A DNA stretch of 64,000 bases from the IMG/VR virus record IMGVR_UViG_3300026549_000063, positions 1 through 64,000 of that record, one strand, 5' to 3'. The translations under genes were made by a program, and so were the position numbers. How positions within the stretch are numbered: the stretch's first letter is position 1; each line of letters begins with the position of its first letter. Under the pieces are notes generated by a model. That model did no database searches. It was not told the DNA's origin and saw only the letters and a list, made by a program, of their open reading frames with translations. This stretch comes from a virus (taxonomy: Duplodnaviria > Caudoviricetes). Of this stretch, positions 10,015 to 20,289 are shown piece after piece.

Positions 10015-10668
10015 CTAACCCCCACTGGATGATGATAACTGGGACTGCAGATTAGCTATCAGTTTCTCATACTCTTTAATAGCTGTATTAGCCTGAGATA
10101 ACTGTTTCTGCAGTCTGAGATTTTCTGAATAATAGTTAATAATCTTTAGCTTATCTTTATCTCTGTCTGCCAGTAATTGGCTGTACTGGCTATCAGTAAG
10201 CCACTCTTCCTTAATAGTAACGAAGTTAACATCTGGAGTTATACCGTATGTAGCTTCTACTATTTCAGTAAATGTCTTCTTCATGAAATTAAGTAAGGTA
10301 GGATCTTTAGTAACACCTATAGTAGAAATCATACCGAACTTATAATACTTAGATACATTGAAGTCAGGTGTCTCTGCTACAAAGTACATCGATGCGTAAA
10401 TAGTGGTACTGACATCGTCATAGTCAGGCTGAGTCAACTTAAGCATCTTAGCAGCCCGAATATCAGGCAGCAGCTGCTGCATGTCATCCTCGGTCTTATC
10501 ATTGGGCTTAAACCAATCATCAACTAATTTACCACCGTCATCAAGGTACTCATCATAAGTCATGACCTTGACTACTTTGTATACGCCATTAAACTTATCG
10601 TATCCATCGATAAAGATAAAGTTATATATAGCTCCTGGAGTAGGTATAATCATGCTGGGCATATACAC
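10015..10668 (-). CDS. Putative virion structural protein
   Basis: 217 aa with a C-terminal coiled coil, AGAGG RBS, operon context. Confidence 0.55.
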   Translation of the reverse strand: MYMPSMIIPTPGAIYNFIFIDGYDKFNGVYKVVKVMTYDEYLDDGGKLVDDWFKPNDKTEDDMQQLLPDIRAAKMLKLTQPDYDDVSTTIYASMYFVAETPDFNVSKYYKFGMISTIGVTKDPTLLNFMKKTFTEIVEATYGITPDVNFVTIKEEWLTDSQYSQLLADRDKDKLKIINYYSENLRLQKQLSQANTAIKEYEKLIANLQSQLSSSSGG

Positions 10669-10675
10669 TTACCTC

Positions 10676-12052
10676 TTAAGTATTACTTACAATGCTCTCA
10701 TACGAGTCGCGAGTCATTACTAAGTACTCTGCAGTATCCTGAGCAAATACTAGATAAGTACTGCCACCAGATTCAGTCTGCTGATAGCGACCAGTTGCAG
10801 CTACTCCATTAACTATAGCCATAGCTTCATTAAGCTTAATAGAGAACTCCTGAGTAGTACCATCCATATACTTGAACCCAGGTTCCTGCGAGCTATAGTC
10901 CTGATAAGTAGGATGAGCTTTACGCACAGAAAAGAGTTCATTGTTGTTAGGATCAGGTAATACTAAGAGCAGCATTTTACTCTGAGCGTTAGTTAAGGCT
11001 TCCAGATAAGTTTTCCTGAATTCTTCGGTGTAGTTCCCATAAACCTTACGTGCGATATCTTCTAGTGCACTTAGATTCCATACACTAGGATAGTAGTCCT
11101 TCCCTGCTCTAGAAGTATACTTATCGTAGATAGGTACGATATAGAACCTACAGTTAACATAGACATCAGGAAACAGGATCTTGAGGTCATCCGGGGATAA
11201 CTCCGTATTACTCTCTAAGTAGTTTCTGATAGCTGCACGGCAGTCTAATGAACTAGGAGTCTTAGCTCCGCAATAAGACAGAGCGAATGGAATAGTGATA
11301 CTGGTTCTACTATCTACTACGTAAGTAGTATTGAAAGTGTAGATACCATTCTGATCACGGAGCATAGTCTCGACATTAGTCTTACTGAAAACATAAGCCG
11401 GACTATTCTGAAGAATACTGAGTACACCCTGCTGGATAAGAGTAGCTGGATCAGTAAGTACAGTAAGATCATACGGAGCTATAACGGAAGTTATAGTAAC
11501 GTAAGGATACTGAGTACTGAAAGCTTTATTGGAGATCCAGAGATGGAACACTAAATCTGCTTCGTTTGTAATAAACTCAAACTCTATCCAGTTAGCAAAC
11601 TTAAAGAGTCTGGCTGTACCATCTGACAGATTTAACCTAGCAGTAACATACTCAGTACTGGTAAAATAAGAACCAGGAACATAACCAGTATAAGACTCAT
11701 CAGTAGTAAGAATAGTTTCTATCTGTTCTTGGCTATCCATATCCTGAGTATAGATACGTTCCAGAATAGCAAAAACAGCAGATTGTTGAGCATTAGTTAA
11801 ATTAGGTATAGACTTACTGGGTACACGATCTTTATCGTAGATGATCTCTAATGATCCAACTATAGACTTATCATCAGCTGTAGTAAGTCTAGATACTCTG
11901 TTATCAGTAAGACGTGTTTTGTTGATGAGATAGTTGTAGGACTCACCAACCAGTACGCCTATGCCTTGATCAGCACCGGATGGCGTATCCAGGTTAGATT
12001 TAAGTCTGGCAGCACTGTCCAGCACAAACCCATATATGGTTTCTTTAGTCAT
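10676..12052 (-). CDS. Putative virion structural protein
   Basis: 458 aa, AAAGG RBS, upstream late-type TATG (rc of 12086-12089). Confidence 0.55.
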   Translation of the reverse strand: MTKETIYGFVLDSAARLKSNLDTPSGADQGIGVLVGESYNYLINKTRLTDNRVSRLTTADDKSIVGSLEIIYDKDRVPSKSIPNLTNAQQSAVFAILERIYTQDMDSQEQIETILTTDESYTGYVPGSYFTSTEYVTARLNLSDGTARLFKFANWIEFEFITNEADLVFHLWISNKAFSTQYPYVTITSVIAPYDLTVLTDPATLIQQGVLSILQNSPAYVFSKTNVETMLRDQNGIYTFNTTYVVDSRTSITIPFALSYCGAKTPSSLDCRAAIRNYLESNTELSPDDLKILFPDVYVNCRFYIVPIYDKYTSRAGKDYYPSVWNLSALEDIARKVYGNYTEEFRKTYLEALTNAQSKMLLLVLPDPNNNELFSVRKAHPTYQDYSSQEPGFKYMDGTTQEFSIKLNEAMAIVNGVAATGRYQQTESGGSTYLVFAQDTAEYLVMTRDSYESIVSNT

Positions 12053-12172
12053 AACGCGTTACCTTTAATGTTTAGTGCATTGCGGTCATAGAATTTCAAA
12101 CGATATCATCTGATATTTAGTCATTTGTCTAAAATTATATAGACAAATCTTGTACCTAGGAGATTTAATTAC

Positions 12173-12631
12173 ATGACTATGTATTTCAGAAACCCCCTTA
12201 TGCAGCGCATAAGCGCAGATAGCGAAGACCTTACCTGGAAAGCTGTACAAAGACTTAAGGATAAATCAGCTGTTGATAAACTGGAACGTGAATATCATTT
12301 TGCGCTTCCTGAAAGCCTTAAAGCTTGTATCCTGAAGTACAATGGCGGTATATGCAAGCCTAACAAGATAGATGCTCCTTCTGGTAACGTCTATCTATTT
12401 GGCGGGTTACTGTCTTTTAATGAAAATGACGCAGACAATGTATATACTGCTATCCAGTCTATACTGGACGTAAGCGGGAGCAGACTTAATTACTTTCCGT
12501 TCGGTCTAGATCCCTTCGGCAACTTCTTCTGTATTCAAGATGATGGAGTAATCTTCTTCAATCATGAAACTAACGGTATCGAAGTATTAACTAAATCCTT
12601 CGATGATTTCTTAGCTTCTTTACACGCGTAG
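12173..12631 (+). CDS. SMI1/KNR4 (SUKH) family protein
   Basis: LEREYHFALPESLKACILKYNGG ... FPFGLDPFGNFFC ... VIFFNHET ... LTKSFDDFLASL, the typical SUKH pattern. Confidence 0.85.
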   Translation: MTMYFRNPLMQRISADSEDLTWKAVQRLKDKSAVDKLEREYHFALPESLKACILKYNGGICKPNKIDAPSGNVYLFGGLLSFNENDADNVYTAIQSILDVSGSRLNYFPFGLDPFGNFFCIQDDGVIFFNHETNGIEVLTKSFDDFLASLHA

Positions 12632-12641
12632 GTGATAACTT

Positions 12642-13016
12642 ATGGCATTCAATTACCTGTTTCAGGGTATGGAAGCATACCTTGATGATGATGTTGAGAT
12701 CAACAACAATGTTACTACTCCTGAAGATGATGCGGTAGCAGCTGCGGATCAGTCTGCTGAGATAGCTTCTGATGTAGCAGATGCTAACTCTGAGGCTAAG
12801 GATTCTGAGATACAAGCTCAAATGCTTGTACAGATGAGTAAGTTATATACTCATGTTAAACAATTTGGCATAGATAGAACTTTCGTAGCTCTGTACAACG
12901 ATCACGGTGCTCTTGACCAAGTTTGCAATATAAGATTTCCTTCTTGCGAATCTATGCCGGCAGAAGGAAGCCCTAGCAGTAAATACTCTCAAGCTTTCAT
13001 AGCTGCTATGGAAGAT
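12642..13016 (+). repeat. Dispersed 375-nt repeat, copy 1 (propeptide-coding)
   Basis: Gap-free, highly similar DNA to 35977-36351; near-identity ends at AAMED. Confidence 0.9.
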
Positions 13017-13805
13017 GAGAAAATTGGATTTTGGACTAAGATTAAAAATCTTATTCTAAATATCTGGGATTGGATAGTTGAAAAAGCTGCGAATCTTCGC
13101 AGTCGTATTATGAAATTCGGTATAGCTAAAATAGCAGATCTGGAAAAAACTGTTCGAGAGATAAGAGAAAAATATTCAGATCTGCATCCAATAGATATAT
13201 CTAGAATGAGAGTTTGCCGTTTTTTCTTTGCTCAAGAAACTCGTGATAAGATAAATAAACTAATTAAGCTATTAAAAGAGGACGTAAAAGAATCCCAACG
13301 AACCGTGCACAATATCTGTGTGGTTGCGGGGCAGTATCTTAAAAAAGATACTCATGAAGCTTCCAATCTACAAACCTACAAAGACGAATTAGCATCATCT
13401 TACGCAAATATCTGCCAAAGTTTTCAGTCGTTTAATAAATTAACCAAAGACGGAAGTATAATATACCCTAAAAAAGACATTGGCGATAACACAGCAGATT
13501 TCAATGAACTTCTAAACAAAGTAAAGGAGTATGGTGCACAGGTAAAAACTGACTGGAACGATATAGATGGCACATATGACGCATTAGTAGGAACCGCTTC
13601 GGACGTTAGAAAAATTATAAAAGATATTAGAAATACGAACGATCTTCCAACCGTCTTTGCTGAAAGTTTAGCAAACGCAATGAAAAGTGCCCGTTATAAT
13701 GTTATCGTATTCCTCACTTTCTGTAGATTCTATGGAAACATGTCCAACGAAATAGACCGAGAACTACATATGCCGTTATTCCTTAAACAACTACAGAAGA
13801 AATAG
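12642..13805 (+). CDS. Inner-head/ejection protein paralog with acidic propeptide
   Basis: Acidic leader ending in A-M-E followed by GFWTKIKNLILNIWDWI; first 125 codons colinear with the 35977 gene. Confidence 0.7.
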   Translation: MAFNYLFQGMEAYLDDDVEINNNVTTPEDDAVAAADQSAEIASDVADANSEAKDSEIQAQMLVQMSKLYTHVKQFGIDRTFVALYNDHGALDQVCNIRFPSCESMPAEGSPSSKYSQAFIAAMEDEKIGFWTKIKNLILNIWDWIVEKAANLRSRIMKFGIAKIADLEKTVREIREKYSDLHPIDISRMRVCRFFFAQETRDKINKLIKLLKEDVKESQRTVHNICVVAGQYLKKDTHEASNLQTYKDELASSYANICQSFQSFNKLTKDGSIIYPKKDIGDNTADFNELLNKVKEYGAQVKTDWNDIDGTYDALVGTASDVRKIIKDIRNTNDLPTVFAESLANAMKSARYNVIVFLTFCRFYGNMSNEIDRELHMPLFLKQLQKK

Positions 13806-13813
13806 ATATTCAT

Positions 13814-13853
13814 AAGTTAGAGATCCTCCTTGATTGGAGGATCTCTAACTTTC
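13814..13853 (+). terminator. Intrinsic terminator
   Basis: AAGTTAGAGATCCTCC-ttgatt-GGAGGATCTCTAACTT. Confidence 0.85.
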
Positions 13854-13875
13854 GTGAAGTTCATTTTTTTTCAGT

Positions 13876-13922
13876 TATATATCATTAAGGTGAATAGGTG
13901 GAGCTAGAGCTGACTCTGGCTC
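13876..13922 (+). promoter_or_regulatory. Early promoter plus 5' leader hairpin
   Basis: TATATATCAT-taaggtgaa-taggtg, then GAGCTAGAG-ctga-CTCTGGCTC. Confidence 0.75.
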
Positions 13923-13952
13923 TTATTATTAACATAACCTGAGGAGGTTATT

Positions 13953-14369
13953 ATGGGCAATGAACTTAACTATGGCGATAAGATCGCCCTTAAGAACTGG
14001 GAGAATTTCTCCCAGAAGAAGGATCGGGAATTCGGCGCAATCATCAATATCATTATCGACGAGCGTGCCGAGAAGCTGGTGCGCGACTCCACCTCCTTCA
14101 AGGAGAACGGAAGTCTCAGCACCGGTGACCTCGATGCGGTCACCGAGATTCTGGCATTTTACTGCCAGACCCACGAGGCGATGCGAAAAGACGTCGCTGA
14201 GTTGGTCTTCACGTTCTTCGACTCAGATACAACTCGTCCTCTTCTTACTGAATTCCTTACTTCTCTTCATGACGAGTTCGTGAAGAGGATCGGTGGGAAG
14301 GTCAAGAAGCTCGCAGAAATGTGGGGAAAGATTGATGCCATCAAGAAGGAGTATAATTACAAGGACTAA
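13953..14369 (+). CDS. Small early hypothetical protein
   Basis: 138 aa, GAGGAGG RBS, GC-richer codons, downstream terminator. Confidence 0.8.
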   Translation: MGNELNYGDKIALKNWENFSQKKDREFGAIINIIIDERAEKLVRDSTSFKENGSLSTGDLDAVTEILAFYCQTHEAMRKDVAELVFTFFDSDTTRPLLTEFLTSLHDEFVKRIGGKVKKLAEMWGKIDAIKKEYNYKD

Positions 14370-14445
14370 CCCTCCTCTCTAGCATCAATCTAAGCAAAGA
14401 AGCCGCAGAACATCGTGGCTTCTTTTTTTTCATTTTACCTACAGA

Positions 14446-14486
14446 TATATATTACTTAAACGATGAAGCTAAAGTGTTTTAGCTTC
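14446..14486 (+). promoter_or_regulatory. Early promoter plus 5' leader hairpin
   Basis: TATATATTAC, then GAAGCTAAA-gtgt-TTTAGCTTC. Confidence 0.7.
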
Positions 14487-14509
14487 ACATTAACCATTGC
14501 GAGGTAACT

Positions 14510-14923
14510 ATGCGTTTTAAGGAAATTAGTCTCGCTAGTAAATACGAGGATTTTGAAGGTCTTCGACCTAGAGAGATTGTTGAGGGTGGTAGACATAAGG
14601 AAGAAGAAGAACAGGAGTCTAAAGCGTCATACGATCCAGACGATCCATGCGAAATGATAATAGGCGATCTTCGTCGCTATCATGCTGATCATCCTAATCC
14701 TGCTGCAGAACGCGAATGGCGGCGTTATGAGCATCTCGTCTCCTATATAGTACCGCATGCTATAAAAAGACTAGATCCTTGTTATCGCAAGAAATCGCTT
14801 AACCGTTCTGATGTCAGGAAAATAGTGGGGGAATACGTTTTTAGCGCTGAGAAGCTCGAACTAATAACTGGATCTGTATGCAATGAGCTTAGAGATCGAG
14901 GTTACAAAATTATAGTCAATTAA
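14510..14923 (+). CDS. Small early hypothetical protein
   Basis: 137 aa, GAGG RBS, early promoter. Confidence 0.75.
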   Translation: MRFKEISLASKYEDFEGLRPREIVEGGRHKEEEEQESKASYDPDDPCEMIIGDLRRYHADHPNPAAEREWRRYEHLVSYIVPHAIKRLDPCYRKKSLNRSDVRKIVGEYVFSAEKLELITGSVCNELRDRGYKIIVN

Positions 14924-14938
14924 CCGTAGGAGAAAACT

Positions 14939-15166
14939 ATGAGTATGTTTGGTAGTAGCTTTAATGAATTTACCGGACACAATGACCAGGAGCATGTTGA
15001 GATGCATCCGGAAGATGAGCTCTATGGTTCACGTTCGAAGCCTCACCATAAGAAAGACGAGGATAGTTTGCTGCCAGATCTGGACCTGATTTTTAACACC
15101 ACTCCTGAGCAGCTTAGAGAGATGGCACGTGCTAATCTTCGTAAGCTTCGCGGCATGGACGACTAA
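14939..15166 (+). CDS. Small hypothetical protein
   Basis: 75 aa, AGGAG RBS; terminator AACCAGCCTGC-taac-GCAGGCTGGTT follows. Confidence 0.7.
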   Translation: MSMFGSSFNEFTGHNDQEHVEMHPEDELYGSRSKPHHKKDEDSLLPDLDLIFNTTPEQLREMARANLRKLRGMDD

Positions 15167-15281
15167 AATAAGTTTTAGTTAACTTAAGAACAACCAGCCT
15201 GCTAACGCAGGCTGGTTTATTTTTTGTCATTTTACTGCAAAGAAATGGTATAGATATTTTAAGACTATAAGGAGTATAATT

Positions 15282-17426
15282 GTGAGTACTATACTCTACA
15301 TGAAAGATATAGAAGCGAAACATCCATACATAGACTATAATACTAAGAATCAATCATTCTTACGTATAGCCTTAGTACTTAAACGTATGGGTATACATAA
15401 CTATTATTTTTTTCTAAGCTTATACGATCGTAGTTTGCTTGGAGTAGATCCTAGGTCTAAAGATCTAACTACTGAGCAAATGCTTCGTATCTCTCAGGAG
15501 TGCAAGATCAATATCTGGTATTTCCTAAGAGAAGTAGTACGTGTTCCGGTCATCGGTCAGGAAAATGGAACACCCTTCGAGCTTAACCGAGGTAATTTAG
15601 CTTTAACCTGGTCGTTCATGAACGATGTCGATATAGGACTAGTTCAGCCACGTCAGACTGGTAAAACTATCGGCATGCAGTGTATCATAGACCACGCTAT
15701 GTACGTAGCATTTTCTTATCTTGATATCGGCATGTTCACTAAGGATTCTGCCCTTGTCCAAGATAACGTTGCTCGTCTTAAAGCTCTTAGAGACGGACTG
15801 CCTAAGTGGATGGTGTCTAAATCCACTGCAGATGGAGAACGTAAGGAAGGCCTATTTTACGCAGCTTTGCATAACTCATACAAAACATTTACATCTGCTA
15901 ACGATGAGGTGGGTGCTTACAAGCTGGGCCGCGGATGCACAATGGCTGTGGTACACTTCGACGAAATAGCATTCATGAACTATAATTGGATAGTCGTACC
16001 CACAGCTGTCAACGCTATGTTGGCAGCTTCCCAAAACGCTCGTAAAGCTGGATTACCTTCTCCTATCATCTTTACTACAACTGCAGGTAACCCTGAAACT
16101 AAGCAAGGCGCTTATGCTCTTAACCTTTTAAGATCAGCTCTTCCATTCACAGAAGCACTCTATGATCTTAAAGATAGAGATGAACTTATCTCTACTATCC
16201 ATAAATCTTCTAGCCGTACAGCACCTATGCTGTACTTAGAATTCTCCTATAGACAGCTAGGTAAAACTGATGAATGGTTCAGGGAAAATGCTTCCCGCTC
16301 TGGAGCATCTCAGGATGATATCAACCGTGATTTCCTTAACATCTGGCAAACTTCCTCAGACAACGCTATACTGCCTGAGAAAATACGTAATGAGCTTATA
16401 GCTTCTAAACGTGAACCTCTGTATTGCGAAATCATAGATGACTTTATCATCCGTTGGTATATACCTAAAGAGAAAGTTAACTCTCAAGAAATACTTCAGG
16501 TAAAAGGAGCCCTAGGTTGTGATAGTTCTGAGAACATCGGTAAAGACTTCACTACCTTTACTTTGGTGTCTATCAAAGATATGTCAGTTGTAGCTACTTT
16601 CCGTTGCAATAACAGTAACACTATGGCTATAGCTCGGTTCATTGTTAAGTTCCTACTTAAGTATACTGGAGTGGTGTTCATTCCTGAACGTCAGAATACA
16701 GGTATCGCTATAACTGACTTCGTTATCGAAGAATTACAGAAAAGAAATATCAATCCTTACACTCGTATCTACAACGATGTAGTTCAGAATCGTAATGAAG
16801 ATAGGTACAAAGATATCAGTATCTACAACTATACTGAGATACCAGCTAATATCAGAGGTATGTTCGGCTACAGAACAGGCGGTGCTGCATCAGGTACTTC
16901 CAGAAATTTACTCTATAAACAAGTCATGTTCAAAGCTCTGGAACTCATAGCTACCAGGGTATACGATAGAACACTTATCACTGAATTAGTTAACCTTACT
17001 ACTCGCGGCGGTCGTATCGACCACAGTAACGGTAAGCATGATGATCAGGTCATCTCGTTATTACTAGCATGCTACTTGATATTTTTCGGTAAGAACTTAT
17101 ATCTCTACGGCATCGATAGTAGTGAAGTTCTCAGTACAGTATCAGCTACCGGAGAACACATCGATGCTAAAACCAGAGATAATCAAATAGCTATCCGTAG
17201 AAGAGTAGCCGAGCTTAAGGGATTACTTGCAGCAGATCCGGTATTACCACTTAAGCAATCTTATCAAAGAGAACTGGATGTCCTTACTCCTATGCTAGAT
17301 GATAAGATAGTTGCTGTACAGCCATTAGCTGTAACACAGGTTAACTACCAGGAAGATAAACTTAATACTTCATCTGCTTCTGAAGCCAGATTACAAACAT
17401 TTGTTAGAAGATTTTTAAGGAGTTAA
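15282..17426 (+). CDS. terL: Terminase large subunit (phiKZ gp25-like)
   Basis: Walker A QPRQTGKT, Walker B VHFDEIAF, motif III FTTTAG, nuclease acidic residues GCDSSE and HDDQV; GTG start after AAGGAG. Confidence 0.92.
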   Translation: MSTILYMKDIEAKHPYIDYNTKNQSFLRIALVLKRMGIHNYYFFLSLYDRSLLGVDPRSKDLTTEQMLRISQECKINIWYFLREVVRVPVIGQENGTPFELNRGNLALTWSFMNDVDIGLVQPRQTGKTIGMQCIIDHAMYVAFSYLDIGMFTKDSALVQDNVARLKALRDGLPKWMVSKSTADGERKEGLFYAALHNSYKTFTSANDEVGAYKLGRGCTMAVVHFDEIAFMNYNWIVVPTAVNAMLAASQNARKAGLPSPIIFTTTAGNPETKQGAYALNLLRSALPFTEALYDLKDRDELISTIHKSSSRTAPMLYLEFSYRQLGKTDEWFRENASRSGASQDDINRDFLNIWQTSSDNAILPEKIRNELIASKREPLYCEIIDDFIIRWYIPKEKVNSQEILQVKGALGCDSSENIGKDFTTFTLVSIKDMSVVATFRCNNSNTMAIARFIVKFLLKYTGVVFIPERQNTGIAITDFVIEELQKRNINPYTRIYNDVVQNRNEDRYKDISIYNYTEIPANIRGMFGYRTGGAASGTSRNLLYKQVMFKALELIATRVYDRTLITELVNLTTRGGRIDHSNGKHDDQVISLLLACYLIFFGKNLYLYGIDSSEVLSTVSATGEHIDAKTRDNQIAIRRRVAELKGLLAADPVLPLKQSYQRELDVLTPMLDDKIVAVQPLAVTQVNYQEDKLNTSSASEARLQTFVRRFLRS

Positions 17427-17427
17427 C

Positions 17428-18816
17428 ATGGCTAATACCATCAGAGATACCTTAACGGAGAGATTACATATAACTATCACTCCTACATTAGCCAAGAGTA
17501 TCATCCGTTACGTATTAGGTTACGAAACTTATAAAACTAACATCAACGCATTCGCCAGTCCGTATCTAGGTATAGATTCCTGTGTATTCAGGGAAGCTGA
17601 TCGTGCTGGATTCTTTGATCTGTTTAACGTAGAAGGTAATACTGTAACTAATGTAGTTAAAAGTAAGATCTCAGGACAAAATATCTTCGGTGTAGCAACC
17701 AGGCATCTGGTAGAAGGACTGGCTCCTGGGATATCTCAACTGTCTAGTGACTTATCCACTGCTGGGTTTACTCAGCTGGAGATGAAACGTATCATTAGTG
17801 ATATACCGGCTATCGATCCTAACTTCAAAATAGCATCTGATCCATTTAACATTTTCTGCATTTGGGTAACTCACTTAGTACTAGTAAGTACTCTGCCTGA
17901 TAAACTTAAATACGATACTGCTATGTCAGTACTAAGATTCTTGCAGTATCGCTTCTTTACGTCTATCGTTAACTATCGATTCAGATACAAGCCTAACGAA
18001 ACTGTGATGCAGACTACTTTCGAATCTCTGTCCGATAAATTCGATATCAAGCGTTATGGTACCTGGAAAGCAGTTATCGATGCTCGTGCTCAGGATTTCT
18101 TATCACCTAAATCTATACACTATAAAACTCTGATAAACGGTGGAGATGATAAAGCATTTCTATACGTCATTACCGATATACAGTCACGCATGAGATCTCA
18201 GATCAACCTCTACGTAGAAGAGTTTATGAGAATTAAAGAATCTGGAGATCTTATCGGTAGTTATGGTAGTACCGGTACTGATAAAGAAGACGGACAGAAG
18301 ATGATACTGTCAGTTGAGTCTGGGCTGGATATGGCTATTTCTTCTGTATATCAGGATACCATGTCTGTATCAAGACTGCTTGATGATAGAGCTATAAGGT
18401 TAACAGCTGGACTGTTTACTGCACTACGTCCTGATCAGATAAGACAAATGATGCTAGCATTTTCTGAATACTGTGTCAAGATGGCTAAGACTAAAAACGA
18501 TGATAAAATTAGTACTATCGGAGATGAAGAACTTTACATAGGTGGACATGTCCTGGTTCAGCAAATCATTCAGCAAACTTATCGTTATTGCCGTAATAAT
18601 GGGACTAATATCAATTCTCCGGTAGCTATACTTAAAACTACTAAGGATGTATACTCATCTTCTCGTATATCTGATGCAGGTATCATAGCAGTTAAGTCAT
18701 CTGTTGGAAACCTTGTATTAGAATTACAAGCATCTCGCCGTGAAACAACACTATCCGCATTACGCGTAGCATTCATCATGTACATCATGCTGCTGGCTAT
18801 CAAGTATATCAGATAA
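17428..18816 (+). CDS. Conserved phiKZ-like virion protein
   Basis: 462 aa, starts 1 nt after the terL stop; DPFNIFCIW and RYGTWKAVI recalled from jumbo-phage structural proteins. Confidence 0.55.
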   Translation: MANTIRDTLTERLHITITPTLAKSIIRYVLGYETYKTNINAFASPYLGIDSCVFREADRAGFFDLFNVEGNTVTNVVKSKISGQNIFGVATRHLVEGLAPGISQLSSDLSTAGFTQLEMKRIISDIPAIDPNFKIASDPFNIFCIWVTHLVLVSTLPDKLKYDTAMSVLRFLQYRFFTSIVNYRFRYKPNETVMQTTFESLSDKFDIKRYGTWKAVIDARAQDFLSPKSIHYKTLINGGDDKAFLYVITDIQSRMRSQINLYVEEFMRIKESGDLIGSYGSTGTDKEDGQKMILSVESGLDMAISSVYQDTMSVSRLLDDRAIRLTAGLFTALRPDQIRQMMLAFSEYCVKMAKTKNDDKISTIGDEELYIGGHVLVQQIIQQTYRYCRNNGTNINSPVAILKTTKDVYSSSRISDAGIIAVKSSVGNLVLELQASRRETTLSALRVAFIMYIMLLAIKYIR

Positions 18817-18826
18817 GGATATAACT

Positions 18827-19015
18827 ATGCGTGAACTTAAAACCCGTAACGAAATAGATCAGTTCTTAGGTAAACTCGATTTTGAATCAGCAGATGAACG
18901 TATCAGTTATTCCCGTTGGTATAGAGATCTAAGTAAAAAGAACCAGAAATATCTGGATACTAAACTTAAAGCAAATGAGTTCGTTAAACGCAATAAGGAA
19001 CATCATAAAGAGTAA
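18827..19015 (+). CDS. Small basic hypothetical protein
   Basis: 62 aa, AAGGA RBS, last gene before a bidirectional terminator. Confidence 0.6.
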   Translation: MRELKTRNEIDQFLGKLDFESADERISYSRWYRDLSKKNQKYLDTKLKANEFVKRNKEHHKE

Positions 19016-19018
19016 GAT

Positions 19019-19050
19019 GATGCTACTGGAGGTTAACCTCCAGTAGCATC
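19019..19050. terminator. Bidirectional terminator (32-bp perfect palindrome)
   Basis: GATGCTACTGGAGGTT|AACCTCCAGTAGCATC between convergent genes. Confidence 0.85.
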
Positions 19051-19053
19051 TAT

Positions 19054-19911
19054 TTATTCATAGTTAGTTATGATAACTTCATTACCATGACGATTGCCGC
19101 CATCACGATTGATAGACCTTAATACATTTATCGGAAGTATATGGAAGTCTTTATACATCTCTCGCACTAAAGGAACATCGTTGTTGCTTATCAGTACATA
19201 AGCGCCACGACGATCTAGCACTTTAACAAATTCAGCAAGACGTTTATGATCATCCATACTGAAACCTTTAGCACAGTACGTAGTAAAGTTAGCAGTCATA
19301 CTTACCGGTACATAAGGAGAATCTATATAAACAAAATCCTTCTCCGATACAGTAGCACAGGTCTCTTCAAAGTCACCATTTATAATCTGTATATTGCTGG
19401 TATTAAGATATTCGGAAATTCCTCTAAGATTCTTTACATCAACTACCTGTTTCTTAGACTTTCTATTCCACGGGACGTTAAACATACCGTTGGCATTAAC
19501 CCGATATATACCATTAAAGCAATGCTTATTAAGCCATATAAATAAAGCAGCGCATTCAACATCTGGAAGATTAAGTTCTTCTCTCTTATTGAAACGTTCT
19601 CTTCGTTGGTAATATGTTGCACATGCGTCTTCGCTAGATACATCTACATTAAGTTTGTCTAGCTGCTCTAATAAATCATCAAGCTTATCTTTAACACATC
19701 TATAAGCATTTATCAACTGATAATTTTTATCGCCTATAACTGCATTAGTCGGCATATGATCGAAGAATAATGCTCCGCCTCCTATGAACGGTTCATAATA
19801 CCTTTTATAGTCATCTGGTATTATATCTGTCAACTTGTATAGAAGTTGGGTCTTACCTCCGACCCATTTAACGAACGGCTTTAGTCGTATTTCCGGAGTT
19901 ATATTTAGCAT
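19054..19911 (-). CDS. dam: Dam-family (D12 class) N6-adenine DNA methyltransferase
   Basis: KPFVKWVGGKTQLL, YYEPFIGGGALFF, WLNKHCFNGIYRVN, catalytic FVYIDSPY (DPPY variant), VLISN. Confidence 0.9.
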   Translation of the reverse strand: MLNITPEIRLKPFVKWVGGKTQLLYKLTDIIPDDYKRYYEPFIGGGALFFDHMPTNAVIGDKNYQLINAYRCVKDKLDDLLEQLDKLNVDVSSEDACATYYQRRERFNKREELNLPDVECAALFIWLNKHCFNGIYRVNANGMFNVPWNRKSKKQVVDVKNLRGISEYLNTSNIQIINGDFEETCATVSEKDFVYIDSPYVPVSMTANFTTYCAKGFSMDDHKRLAEFVKVLDRRGAYVLISNNDVPLVREMYKDFHILPINVLRSINRDGGNRHGNEVIITNYE

Positions 19912-20134
19912 AGAGTTTAGGACTGAATTGTAATACTTGCTTAGAATATTTATCTACTTTATAATAAAACCATTCTTTATAAAAAGATACTGGCACTGTG
20001 CTAGCATCTACAATAACTTCATTAACTGGAAGAAGCCCTAGTTTATTTAGCTTATCAGCAGTTATCATTTCAAAAGACTCAATGATATTCTCTTTAGTAA
20101 TCTCATCCTTAGTTATTTTGATATGAATTTTCAT
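19868..20134 (-). CDS. Small hypothetical protein upstream of dam
   Basis: ATG at 20134 preceded by AGGAG; overlaps the dam start. Confidence 0.55.
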   Translation of the reverse strand: MKIHIKITKDEITKENIIESFEMITADKLNKLGLLPVNEVIVDASTVPVSFYKEWFYYKVDKYSKQVLQFSPKLYAKYNSGNTTKAVR

Positions 20135-20208
20135 AGTAGCTCCTATATAGTAAATCATTCCATACTGAAATAACATAAGTAATAGTGTAGCCCCAATGTA
20201 TTCTTAGA

Positions 20209-20256
20209 TATATATTATTAAAGTGAATAGGTGGAGCTGGAGGCAACTCTGGCTTC
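20209..20256 (+). promoter_or_regulatory. Early promoter plus 5' leader hairpin
   Basis: TATATATTAT-taaagtgaa-taggt, then GGAGCTGGAG-gcaa-CTCTGGCTTC. Confidence 0.75.
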
Positions 20257-20289
20257 GATCGTAAACACATAGCACTTGGAGGTGCATAT

